DNA from: Bacteroidales bacterium
GTDB taxonomy: Bacteria > Bacteroidota > Bacteroidia > Bacteroidales > FEN-979
DNA: 64,000 nt
Assembly (NCBI GenBank): GCA_014860625.1
Contig: JACZJJ010000088.1
Coordinates: 89,443-153,442, forward strand
Reading direction: 5' to 3'
In this document: piece after piece, positions 9,261 to 18,112 of the stretch
How the letters are laid out: the number at the start of each line of letters is the position of its first letter
Numbering within the stretch: position 1 is the stretch's first letter
The notes under the pieces: generated by a model
What the model was told of the DNA's origin: nothing
Database searches by the model: none
What the model saw: only the letters and a program-made list of their open reading frames with translations
Translations under genes and position numbers: made by a program

Positions 9261-10031
9261 ATGAACATCACTTTCCTTGGCACAGGAACATCTCAAGGGG
9301 TTCCTGTAATAGCATGTCGCTGCGACGTTTGCAAATCCACTGATCCCAGGGACCAGAGGCTTCGCTCTTCTATCCTGATACAGGATGGAGATCAACGGAT
9401 TGTGGTAGACTGTGGCCCCGACTTCCGTCAGCAGATGCTGAGAGAGGAGGTTGAAGCCATTGATGCGATCCTGGTTACTCATGCCCATAAGGACCACCTC
9501 GGAGGGCTGGATGATGTTCGGGCCTTTAACTATATCCTGAGAAAACCCACACCGGTCTATGCCACAGATGAGGTACAGGAGCAGATTCGCCGGGAATACA
9601 GTTATGCATTTGACGGCGACCCTTACCCGGGAGTGCCTGAAATTGAGCTCCATACATTTACCAATAAGCCTTTCGCTATCGGGAATACGGAAGTCATCCC
9701 GATCAAGGCGCTTCATTACAACGACAACCAGTTTGTATTCGGTTTCCGAATCCATGAATTTACATACCTGACTGATGTATACAGGATATCTGACGAAGAG
9801 AAGGAAAAAATCCGGGGATCAAAGGTAGTTGTCGTGAATGCTCTGAGAAAACAAAAACACTATTCACATATGAACCTTGAAGAGGCCGTTTCCCTGTTGA
9901 AAGATCTCAATCCGGAGAAAGGCTTCCTCACTCATATCAGCCATCAGATGGGTCGGTATGCTGATGTTGAAACGGAGCTTCCTGACAATATTTTCCTTGC
10001 CTGGGACAAACTGACCCTCGGTCTTGATTAA
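9261..10031 (+). CDS. MBL-fold metallo-hydrolase (PhnP-like)
   Basis: 256 aa. HxHxDH motif as THAHKDHLGG. Starts NITFLGTGTSQGVP. Confidence 0.8.
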   Translation: MNITFLGTGTSQGVPVIACRCDVCKSTDPRDQRLRSSILIQDGDQRIVVDCGPDFRQQMLREEVEAIDAILVTHAHKDHLGGLDDVRAFNYILRKPTPVYATDEVQEQIRREYSYAFDGDPYPGVPEIELHTFTNKPFAIGNTEVIPIKALHYNDNQFVFGFRIHEFTYLTDVYRISDEEKEKIRGSKVVVVNALRKQKHYSHMNLEEAVSLLKDLNPEKGFLTHISHQMGRYADVETELPDNIFLAWDKLTLGLD

Positions 10032-10114
10032 CTTCATCGAGGAAATCCATCCGCTTCACTTCTATACATGACTCTATCCGCATCAACCATCCTTCTGACA
10101 CTGAGGCATCAACG

Positions 10115-11758
10115 CTAATCTGTTGTTTTGTAAACGCGCTTCAGCGTGAGCAGGTTCATCGGGTTCCCCCCCAGTCCATGAACCTCATTCCTCACGAATC
10201 GCAACACCTGATCGTAATAGAGGACTACTACCGGTGCATCTTTCATCATCAGCTCCTCCATCTTCCTGTAGGTCTTAAATCTTAATGAGTCTTCCTGAAT
10301 GGTCATGGCCATTTCAAAAAGCCTATCGAACTCTCTATTGCTGTAATGGGTATAGTTGGGCCCTCTTGGGGAGAAATTCGGTGAGTAGAACAGCGAGAGG
10401 TAATTCTCGGCATCCGGATAGTCGGCAATCCAGGAAGCTCTGAAGAATGGCAGCTTTGCCATAGCCTTCATCTCCCTCATGGCGGCAGGCGGACTCACAT
10501 CAATCTCCAGTTCTATCCCGATTTCAGCAACCTGGTGCTGGATGTATTTACAGATATCCAGGTAATCCGGCGTTGAAGTGAGGGTCATTGGCGGCATCTC
10601 TCCCTGATTTGAATACCCGGCCTTTTCGATTAGATGACGGGCCATATCAGGCTGATAATCATAGTATCTGCGCGAAGAATCAAAACCCGGCATCCCGGGT
10701 GGTATGATGCCAAAAACACCCGGTGTACCAATGTTGTTTCGCAGGTAAAGGATCATCTTGTTCCTGTCAAAAGCGTAATTGATTGCCTGCCTGACAAGGC
10801 TGACTGCCAATGGAGTTCCCTTTACATTCACGGAACTGGTATCAACCAGGATTCCCAGGTACTCTGTATTGAGATACGGCTGGGAAATCAAACGAAACCG
10901 GTTATCGTATTTTGAATTCAGCCGGCCATCCCGTGTCAGAACTTCATCTTTGTAGCTTGGATCAATCCCCGACATAAAATCCAGCTTCCCCTGCACAAAC
11001 TGAAGGAATGCCGCCTGCTTATCCGCCAGAAAAGTAATCGCCACAGCGTCGAGCAACGGCAGGTGTTGATCTTCTTCCCACTCGAAATAATGAGGATTTC
11101 TGATCAGAACGAGCTTAACCCCCTCCTTCCAAAAGCCGATCCGAAAGGGGCCCGTACCAACCGGGTTTTTCCTGAAATCGTTACCATACAAGGAAATTGC
11201 TTCCTGAGGGATGACAGAACAGTAAGGCATGGTGAGGAGTCCGGGGAATGGTGGAAACGGTTGAGCCAGCCGGATGATGAAGGTGGAATCGTTGGGTGCC
11301 AGAAAGGGTTTCACATTGGTGGTATAATTAAACACCCAGGCCCCTGCCGATGCGGTTAGCGGATCTTTAACCCGATTGAAACTGTAGACGAAATCATTTG
11401 CCGTCACCTCCCTCCCTTTTCCATCAGGAAAGCAGGGATCGTCGTGAAATTTCACATCCCTGCGCAGGTGAAACCGATAGGATAGTCCATCATCACCGAC
11501 TTCCCAGGAGTGAGCAATCGACGGTATAAGGTCCAGTTGGTCGTTCAACTGAAGCAACCCGTCAAACAACTGATGAGTACCCCAGATCGTTGCCTGGTCG
11601 CGGGCGAAAGCGGGATCAAGTGATGAGATGTTCGCTGCTTCATTGTAGCGAAATACTTTGTTTTCGTCAACCTGATCAAATTTCCGCGAACAGGAATAGA
11701 AAAACACCGGAATGAGGAATAAAGAATAAAGAATGAAGAATAGTGGTTTGTTTTTCAT
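10115..11758 (-). CDS. ABC-transporter family-5 (peptide/nickel type) substrate-binding lipoprotein
   Basis: 547 aa. Lipobox FFYSCS. Family-5 SBP-like length and motifs (FHDDPCF, PYCSVIP). ATGA overlap with pabA. No permease or ATPase genes adjacent. Confidence 0.75.
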   Translation of the reverse strand: MKNKPLFFILYSLFLIPVFFYSCSRKFDQVDENKVFRYNEAANISSLDPAFARDQATIWGTHQLFDGLLQLNDQLDLIPSIAHSWEVGDDGLSYRFHLRRDVKFHDDPCFPDGKGREVTANDFVYSFNRVKDPLTASAGAWVFNYTTNVKPFLAPNDSTFIIRLAQPFPPFPGLLTMPYCSVIPQEAISLYGNDFRKNPVGTGPFRIGFWKEGVKLVLIRNPHYFEWEEDQHLPLLDAVAITFLADKQAAFLQFVQGKLDFMSGIDPSYKDEVLTRDGRLNSKYDNRFRLISQPYLNTEYLGILVDTSSVNVKGTPLAVSLVRQAINYAFDRNKMILYLRNNIGTPGVFGIIPPGMPGFDSSRRYYDYQPDMARHLIEKAGYSNQGEMPPMTLTSTPDYLDICKYIQHQVAEIGIELEIDVSPPAAMREMKAMAKLPFFRASWIADYPDAENYLSLFYSPNFSPRGPNYTHYSNREFDRLFEMAMTIQEDSLRFKTYRKMEELMMKDAPVVVLYYDQVLRFVRNEVHGLGGNPMNLLTLKRVYKTTD

Positions 11759-12357
11759 TCGCCTGCTAACCAGTTTGTTATCATCATTCTTCCGGCAGGG
11801 GTCATAAACGATTCCGGATGAAATTGAACCCCTCTGACACTGAACGATTTATGCCTTAACGCGAGAATTGATCCATCATCTCCTACAGCCGTTATTTCAA
11901 GGCAATCAGGGAGTGTGTTGGGATCAACGGTCCAGGAGTGATACAACCCAACACGGCTACCTTCCTCTACTCCTTCAAACAGCCGATGGTCAAGGTTGCG
12001 AAGGTTGAGGGTTGTTGTGACCCCATGTTTCACCTGTGTCATATTGACCAGAGTCCCTCCATACTGCATGGCGATTGCCTGGTGGCCGAGACAGATTCCC
12101 AGGATGTCTTTTTCAGGGCCAAACTGACCGATCACCCGGCACATCCGTGGAAAGTCGTCCGGCAGGCCCGGGCCGGGGGATATCAGGATTTTATCAAAAC
12201 CAGATACAATTTCCGGGTCCAGAATGTCCGATCTCACAACTTCGCATGACCAGCCTCCCCCCTCTTCAACCAGTTGGAAGAGGTTGAAAGTGAATGAATC
12301 GTTGTTGTCTATGATCAGTATTCTGGAATTGGAAGGCATCTGAAATTTAGGTAACAT
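11755..12357 (-). CDS. pabA: Aminodeoxychorismate/anthranilate synthase component II (glutamine amidotransferase)
   Basis: 200 aa. ILIIDNNDSFTFN, catalytic GICLGHQ, and HPES near the C-terminus. Divergent from pabB-pabC. Confidence 0.75.
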   Translation of the reverse strand: MLPKFQMPSNSRILIIDNNDSFTFNLFQLVEEGGGWSCEVVRSDILDPEIVSGFDKILISPGPGLPDDFPRMCRVIGQFGPEKDILGICLGHQAIAMQYGGTLVNMTQVKHGVTTTLNLRNLDHRLFEGVEEGSRVGLYHSWTVDPNTLPDCLEITAVGDDGSILALRHKSFSVRGVQFHPESFMTPAGRMMITNWLAGE

Positions 12358-12362
12358 TGCAT

Positions 12363-12370
12363 CAAAATTA
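12363..12370 (-). promoter_or_regulatory. Candidate -7 promoter box (TAATTTTG), 5 nt upstream of the pabA ATG
   Basis: The minus strand reads TAATTTTG-atgca-ATG. It lies in a 28-bp divergent intergenic spacer that also holds the 10-bp palindrome CGAATATTCG (12371-12380). Confidence 0.35.
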
Positions 12371-12385
12371 CGAATATTCGGATAG

Positions 12386-13354
12386 ATGATACCAGCCGGT
12401 TTCGAGCAGATGAATGAATTGGGAGCAGGGGCGCAACCATTTCTTTTCGTTATCGACTTTGATCTCCAGAAACCTTTGATCTACACGCCTCAGGAAGCTG
12501 TTGAGGCAGGAATTCTTTACCAGATTCACCACAGAAAAAATTACATCCAACCAATCGCTGCAAAGGGAGGGTTTACCTTTCAGAAGATACCCATCGGCCG
12601 GGAGGAATACCAGAGATCTTTTGACCTGGTAATGCGGCATTTACAGAGCGGAAACTCCTACCTGGTAAACCTGACCTGTTCCACAAACATTGAGACAGAA
12701 TTGTCGCTGGAAGAGATCTTTTTCAGAAGCAATGCAAGGTATAAACTACTAAAGCCCAACGATTTTGTTGTTTTTTCTCCGGAAATCTTTATCCAGATAA
12801 CTGCAGGAGTCATCTCATCCTATCCGATGAAAGGGACCATCGATGCTTCACTAGCTGATGCCGAGGCCATCTTGCTTGGCAACCCGAAGGAGCTGGCAGA
12901 ACACCATACGATTGTAGACCTCATCAGGAACGATTTGAATATGGTGGCCAGGGAGGTTCGTGTTGAACGGTTCAGGTATATTGAAGAAATTCAAACGAAT
13001 TTCACGAAACTCCTCCAGGCGAGCTCCATGATCAATGGGATCCTGCCACCCGATTATCCGGGTCATATCGGCGACATTCTGTTCCGTTTGTTGCCTGCCG
13101 GCTCTGTAACGGGTGCCCCAAAAATGAGAACGGTGGAGATCATTCGTGAGGCAGAAACTTATCACCGGGGATATTATACAGGAGTCATGGGATATTTTGA
13201 CGGATTGAACCTCGATTCGGGTGTGATGATTCGATTTATCGAAGAGATGCCTGATGGAAAGGTATTTAAGAGCGGCGGAGGGATTACCTCTCTAAGCAAT
13301 ACGGATGATGAGTACCGGGAAATGATTGATAAAGTGTATGTGCCTTTTACTTGA
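12386..13354 (+). CDS. pabB: Aminodeoxychorismate synthase component I (short chorismate-binding form)
   Basis: 322 aa. Chorismate-binding motifs MKGTIDA, PAGSVTGAPK and GGGITS. Confidence 0.75.
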   Translation: MIPAGFEQMNELGAGAQPFLFVIDFDLQKPLIYTPQEAVEAGILYQIHHRKNYIQPIAAKGGFTFQKIPIGREEYQRSFDLVMRHLQSGNSYLVNLTCSTNIETELSLEEIFFRSNARYKLLKPNDFVVFSPEIFIQITAGVISSYPMKGTIDASLADAEAILLGNPKELAEHHTIVDLIRNDLNMVAREVRVERFRYIEEIQTNFTKLLQASSMINGILPPDYPGHIGDILFRLLPAGSVTGAPKMRTVEIIREAETYHRGYYTGVMGYFDGLNLDSGVMIRFIEEMPDGKVFKSGGGITSLSNTDDEYREMIDKVYVPFT

Positions 13355-13931
13355 AACAATCAGGGTGAAGGATGGTAAGTTCTGCTATCCGGGTTACCAT
13401 CAGAAGCGGATGGATAACAGCAGGAATGTGCATTTTCCCGCTGGACAGCCGATCAACATCCATGACATTCCCATCCCCGAAACGGCCGGCACAGGAATCT
13501 TTAAATCCCGGATTATCTATGATCAAGTGATCCGGGAGGTTGAATTCCGACCTTATTCTGAAAAAGTTATACGAACCATCAGATTGGTTAAAGCTGATCA
13601 TCTGGAATATCCATTTAAGTACCTCGACAGATCTGGCATTGAACAGTTACAAAAAGAGCATCCAGGGTTCGATGAAGTCATCTTTGTAAAAAATGGTCTG
13701 ATCACCGATTCCTCATTCAGCAATCTCGCCTTTCTATCTGGGAACAAATGGTTTACACCCGACCAACCGCTTCTTGACGGGACCTGTCGACAGCGTCTGA
13801 TTGACGTGGGCGAACTCCATCCAGTTCAGATTACATATACAGATTTAGTCAGCTACAGTCATGTTTCACTGATCAACGCGATGATAGACCTAAAGAGGGT
13901 CATCCTTCCCATAGAGGTAATTGTATGGTAA
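13338..13931 (+). CDS. pabC: Aminodeoxychorismate lyase-like (aminotransferase class IV fold)
   Basis: The ORF track starts at a TTG at 13326. The first ATG is at 13338 (MCLLLETIRVKDG), overlapping the end of pabB. Size and LLETIR start are typical of short PabC proteins. Function is inferred largely from context. Confidence 0.55.
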   Translation: MCLLLETIRVKDGKFCYPGYHQKRMDNSRNVHFPAGQPINIHDIPIPETAGTGIFKSRIIYDQVIREVEFRPYSEKVIRTIRLVKADHLEYPFKYLDRSGIEQLQKEHPGFDEVIFVKNGLITDSSFSNLAFLSGNKWFTPDQPLLDGTCRQRLIDVGELHPVQITYTDLVSYSHVSLINAMIDLKRVILPIEVIVW

Positions 13932-13970
13932 TATCTGGTGAATTTTTGCATCTATTCGGTTAATTAGCAG

Positions 13971-13978
13971 TATTTTTG
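13971..13978 (+). promoter_or_regulatory. Candidate -7 promoter box (TATTTTTG) for the histidine kinase gene
   Basis: Exact TAnnTTTG. It overlaps the TTG that the ORF track uses as a start, which argues for the ATG at 14000 as the real start. Confidence 0.35.
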
Positions 13979-13999
13979 AATGATCTATTCTTGGAAACA

Positions 14000-16039
14000 A
14001 TGGAACAGGGATTATTTTTCGACCACATCAGCAAGTTTGCACTTCTTCTTGAAAAGGCATCCGACGAGCAGGAGATTTTTCAGAATATTTCAGAAAAAAT
14101 CAAAGAGCAATACCCGGATACATACATTATTATTACCGTAATAGCTCCACTGTCGAACTCCTACAAAATTCATGTACTCAAGGGTGTTGAGAAATTTCGC
14201 GGAGCCATTGAGAAACTCATCGGAAAGGATATTTTTTCCATTGAATTCCCGCTAAAAGAGATATCCAAAGACAACCTGCGCCTGAACAGCAACGGGCAAT
14301 TAAACCATATTGATGGCGGGATCTATTCACTTGCTCTTGAGCATATTCCGAAACCTGTTACCAAGGGAATGGAAAAATTGCTGGGGATTGATCATGTATA
14401 CACCATGGGGCTGGTCCTTGATGAAACCAATTTCGGCAACCTGACCATTTTTTGCAGGAAAGGAGTTCAATTTTCGACGACAGATATAAGGTATATTGAA
14501 ACCCTGGTTGTTATTGCAACGATTTCACTACAGAAAATCCTCGCACATCATCAGATTCGATTGGATGCTGAAAAAATCAACAGGATATACCAGGTGGCTC
14601 CGGTTGGGATTGGGTTACTGGATGAGCGGATTTTCAAGGATGTCAACGATCGGGTTTCCGAGATTACCGGATATTCGAAGGCCGAGCTTCTCAACCAGAG
14701 CGCCAGAATCCTTTATGCCAGTGAAGATGAATTTAAACATGTGGGAGAAGTTAAATACCAGCAGCTTGCGGAGTCGGGCGTTGGTGAAATTGCTACTGAA
14801 TGGATCTGCAAAGACGGATCATTAAAACAAATTCTATTAAGATCATCAGCCATCAATCCAAACGATTACTCTGAAGGCATGCTTTTTACTGCTCTGGATA
14901 TATCCCGGCGCATCGAGGCTGAGCGTGCATTGCTGGATAGCGAAAACCGTTACCGTACACTCGTGGAAAACTCTCCGGTAGCGATTCTGATTCACCGAAA
15001 TGGTATTATCGAATATGCCAATAAGGTCGCGTTTAATCTGCTTGAAGCTGAAAAACCGGAACAGATCATTGGCACCAAAGCCCTGGATATCCTTCACCCC
15101 GACGATCGTGAAACGGCTTTGGCACGAATTAAAACGATGTACCAAACAGGAGTCCCCGCCCCTGTTGCCGAGGAACGGTTTGTTTCATTTACAGGGCGCG
15201 AAATATCGCTTCAGGTAGCAGCTAACATCATCATGTACGAGGGCTCTCCGGCATCACTCGTATTCGGAATCGATGTAACCGAACTGAAGAATGCTGAAAA
15301 TGAGATCGTTCGTTTCAGTAAAGAGCTGGAGGAGAACAATCAAGCAAAGGATAAATTCTTTTCCATCATTGCGCATGACCTCAAAGGTCCTTTTAATTCC
15401 ATTCTTGGTTTTGCCGACATCCTCAATACCGAATATGATGAATACAGCCATGAGGAGCGCAAACACTTTATCCGAAACATCTCCACCTCTGCACAAAACA
15501 CATACAGACTTCTTGAAAACCTTTTGGAATGGTCGAGAACGCAAACGAACCGCATCACCTTCAACCCTGAAGTCCTTGAACTTAGTACTGTAATAAATGA
15601 GTGCATCCTGATGGTTCGAAGCCAGGCAGAGACGAAGGATATCCATCTGTTTTCAGCTGTGGAATTCAACACCTATGTGATGGCTGATGAAAACATGGTC
15701 AAAACCATTATCCGGAACCTTCTCTCAAACGCCATCAAATTTTCCCGAAGAAGAGGTAATGTTAGGGTAATGGACAGAAGAACTGTCAACCCACAGAACA
15801 ATCAGGAGATGATTGAAATCACTGTGCAAGACGAAGGCATAGGCATGTCTCAATTGATTCTGAATCAACTCTTTAAAATTGATCAGATGATCAAAACTCC
15901 TGGCACCAACAACGAAAAAGGCACAGGCCTTGGTTTGATTCTCTGCCAGGAACTGGTAAACCGGAACAACGGGGAGATTTGGGCAGTGAGCGAAACAGGG
16001 AAAGGTTCCACCATTCATTTTACCCTTCCCCAACCCTGA
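14000..16039 (+). CDS. PAS-domain sensor histidine kinase (no response regulator adjacent)
   Basis: The ORF is 13976..16039; I prefer the ATG at 14000. Two PAS-like segments. H-box FFSIIAHDLKGP. N box LLSNAIKFS. G box GTGLGLILC. Confidence 0.85.
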   Translation: MEQGLFFDHISKFALLLEKASDEQEIFQNISEKIKEQYPDTYIIITVIAPLSNSYKIHVLKGVEKFRGAIEKLIGKDIFSIEFPLKEISKDNLRLNSNGQLNHIDGGIYSLALEHIPKPVTKGMEKLLGIDHVYTMGLVLDETNFGNLTIFCRKGVQFSTTDIRYIETLVVIATISLQKILAHHQIRLDAEKINRIYQVAPVGIGLLDERIFKDVNDRVSEITGYSKAELLNQSARILYASEDEFKHVGEVKYQQLAESGVGEIATEWICKDGSLKQILLRSSAINPNDYSEGMLFTALDISRRIEAERALLDSENRYRTLVENSPVAILIHRNGIIEYANKVAFNLLEAEKPEQIIGTKALDILHPDDRETALARIKTMYQTGVPAPVAEERFVSFTGREISLQVAANIIMYEGSPASLVFGIDVTELKNAENEIVRFSKELEENNQAKDKFFSIIAHDLKGPFNSILGFADILNTEYDEYSHEERKHFIRNISTSAQNTYRLLENLLEWSRTQTNRITFNPEVLELSTVINECILMVRSQAETKDIHLFSAVEFNTYVMADENMVKTIIRNLLSNAIKFSRRRGNVRVMDRRTVNPQNNQEMIEITVQDEGIGMSQLILNQLFKIDQMIKTPGTNNEKGTGLGLILCQELVNRNNGEIWAVSETGKGSTIHFTLPQP

Positions 16040-16067
16040 TTTCCTCATCCAATATCTCCCTTTTGCG

Positions 16068-16075
16068 TATCTTTG
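16068..16075 (+). promoter_or_regulatory. Candidate -7 promoter box (TATCTTTG) for the M1 peptidase genes
   Basis: Exact TAnnTTTG 32 nt upstream of the ATG at 16108. Confidence 0.4.
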
Positions 16076-16107
16076 CAAATACAAACCTCCCTTAACCAAT
16101 AGCTATT

Positions 16108-18105
16108 ATGAAACGACTGTCACTACTCACGATGATGCTGTCATGCATAACCATCCTTGGTTATTCCCAGCTAACTTCCACCATGAAAGGATCCGAGATC
16201 TGTTCCCAGAAGAAATCTCAGATGACTCTACTTCCCGAACTTACCGGATCCATCCAAATGGGCCCAACCCATACCTTCGACGCACTGAACTATACCCTCA
16301 ATCTGGATATATACAACTCATTTACAGCACCCTATACCCATGCATTCGATGCAACTGAAATTATTACCTTTAAGGTTGACTCCACGCTCAACTCCATTAT
16401 CCTGAACGCGAATAACACTTCACTGCAAATCAATTCAGTAAGCATGGCAGGAATCTCATTTACCCATGCCGGAAACTTGCTTACCATCCAGTTGGATCAA
16501 ACTTACAACCCCGGAGATACGGTAGATGTTGGCATCGACTACCATCACAACGACGTAGAAGACAATGCATTTTACGCCAACAATGGCTTTGTTTTTACCG
16601 ACTGTGAACCTGAAGGAGCAAGGAGGTGGTTTCCCTGTTGGGATAAACCATCCGACAAAGCCAAACTGGACATGACAGTGAAGGTTCCAAGTACCGTAAA
16701 GATTGGTTCGAACGGTGCTTTGGCCGACTCCACACTTTCGGCAGATACCCTTTGGTACCACTGGGTGAGTGAACACAATATTGCCACATACATCATGGTA
16801 CTTACCGGGAAGGTAAATTACAACCTGGATATCGTATACTGGCATCATCTGAGCAACCCGAACGACAGTACGCCTATCCGATTCTATTACAACGACGGAG
16901 AAAATCCTTTTCCGATTGAAGAGATGATACTGCCGATGGCCGACTGGTTTTCCGAGAATTTCTGCGAACACCCCTTCCAAAAAGATGGCTTTGCAACACT
17001 TAACAACGAGTTCTCATGGGGAGGGATGGAAAATCAGACATTGACCTCGCTTTGCCCCAATTGCTGGGGAGAAAGTCTCATTGCACATGAGTTTGCCCAC
17101 CAATGGTTTGGTGATATGATCACATGTGCCACCTGGGCCGACATCTGGTTGAATGAAGGGTTTGCCACATGGAGTGAAGCATTCTGGTATGAAAGCTATG
17201 CAGGATACAATGCATACAAAGCAGACATCAACGGCAATGCTACAAGCTATCTCAACAACAATCCAGGCTGGGCCATATCGGAACCTGAATGGGCTGTTAC
17301 TACGCCTCCTTCCAATGTCATGTTCAACTATGCCATTACTTACGCCAAAGGATCAACTATTCTCCACATGCTTCGCTATGTATTGGGAGATTCTCTCTTT
17401 TTTGATGTTATGCAAACCTATTCAAGCGATCCTGATCTGAAATACTATTCATCTACTATTCCCGATTTCATGGCAATCGTAAATGATATTACAGGAGAAG
17501 ATTACGGTTGGTTCTTCAACCAGTGGATCTATGAACCCAACCATCCCAATTACCGGAATACCTACAATTTCGAGGATCTTGGAACAGGTCAGTGGAGAGT
17601 GAACTTTTTCACGGAGCAGATTCAAACGAATCCCGAGTTCTTCAAGATGCCCATGGAGGTTAAGATCCGGTTTATGGACCTCACGGATACCATAGTGACC
17701 GTGATGAATGATGCAAACGGCCAATATTTCAGCTGGGTATTTGATATCCGACCGGTATATTTCCAGTTTGATCCCAACAACAACATCGTCATCAAGCAAC
17801 AATCAACCATATTGGGCGTGCCTGAGAACCAATTGGCGGCTTCGAACGTTCATCTCTACCAGAATGTTCCAAATCCGGCAAATCAAACTTCGATTATCAA
17901 ATACCAGATTGACGAACCAATGTCCGCAAATCTTTCACTCTTTGACATGATGGGAAAACAGGTGAAGGTACTTGCCAATGGAATGAAACCGGCAGGAATG
18001 TATGAAGTTACAGTAGATTGCAGTTCACTTAAACCGGGAGTTTATCAATACATTCTGACTGCAAACGGTGAACGGTTTGCCAGGAAACTGGTTGTTCTTC
18101 AATAA
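16108..18105 (+). CDS. M1-family metallopeptidase (aminopeptidase N-like) with a T9SS C-terminal domain, paralog 1
   Basis: 665 aa. GGMENQ exopeptidase motif. HEFAHQWFGD...WLNEGFA is HExxH-X18-E. C-terminal ...LKPGVYQYILTANGERFARKLVVLQ. Confidence 0.85.
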   Translation: MKRLSLLTMMLSCITILGYSQLTSTMKGSEICSQKKSQMTLLPELTGSIQMGPTHTFDALNYTLNLDIYNSFTAPYTHAFDATEIITFKVDSTLNSIILNANNTSLQINSVSMAGISFTHAGNLLTIQLDQTYNPGDTVDVGIDYHHNDVEDNAFYANNGFVFTDCEPEGARRWFPCWDKPSDKAKLDMTVKVPSTVKIGSNGALADSTLSADTLWYHWVSEHNIATYIMVLTGKVNYNLDIVYWHHLSNPNDSTPIRFYYNDGENPFPIEEMILPMADWFSENFCEHPFQKDGFATLNNEFSWGGMENQTLTSLCPNCWGESLIAHEFAHQWFGDMITCATWADIWLNEGFATWSEAFWYESYAGYNAYKADINGNATSYLNNNPGWAISEPEWAVTTPPSNVMFNYAITYAKGSTILHMLRYVLGDSLFFDVMQTYSSDPDLKYYSSTIPDFMAIVNDITGEDYGWFFNQWIYEPNHPNYRNTYNFEDLGTGQWRVNFFTEQIQTNPEFFKMPMEVKIRFMDLTDTIVTVMNDANGQYFSWVFDIRPVYFQFDPNNNIVIKQQSTILGVPENQLAASNVHLYQNVPNPANQTSIIKYQIDEPMSANLSLFDMMGKQVKVLANGMKPAGMYEVTVDCSSLKPGVYQYILTANGERFARKLVVLQ

Positions 18106-18112
18106 AAATATC

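Noticed and set aside
10032-10114. Apparent decayed 9-bp/27-bp periodicity (ATCCGCTTCAC / ATCCGCATCAAC 27 nt apart, GCATCAAC again 26 nt later). Also CTGTAAC/CGTCTAAC-like fragments at 39577..39644 resembling the 30218 array unit.
   Set aside because: The matches are short and imperfect, and I cannot assess significance without a computation. They are mentioned only as possible relics of the tandem arrays.
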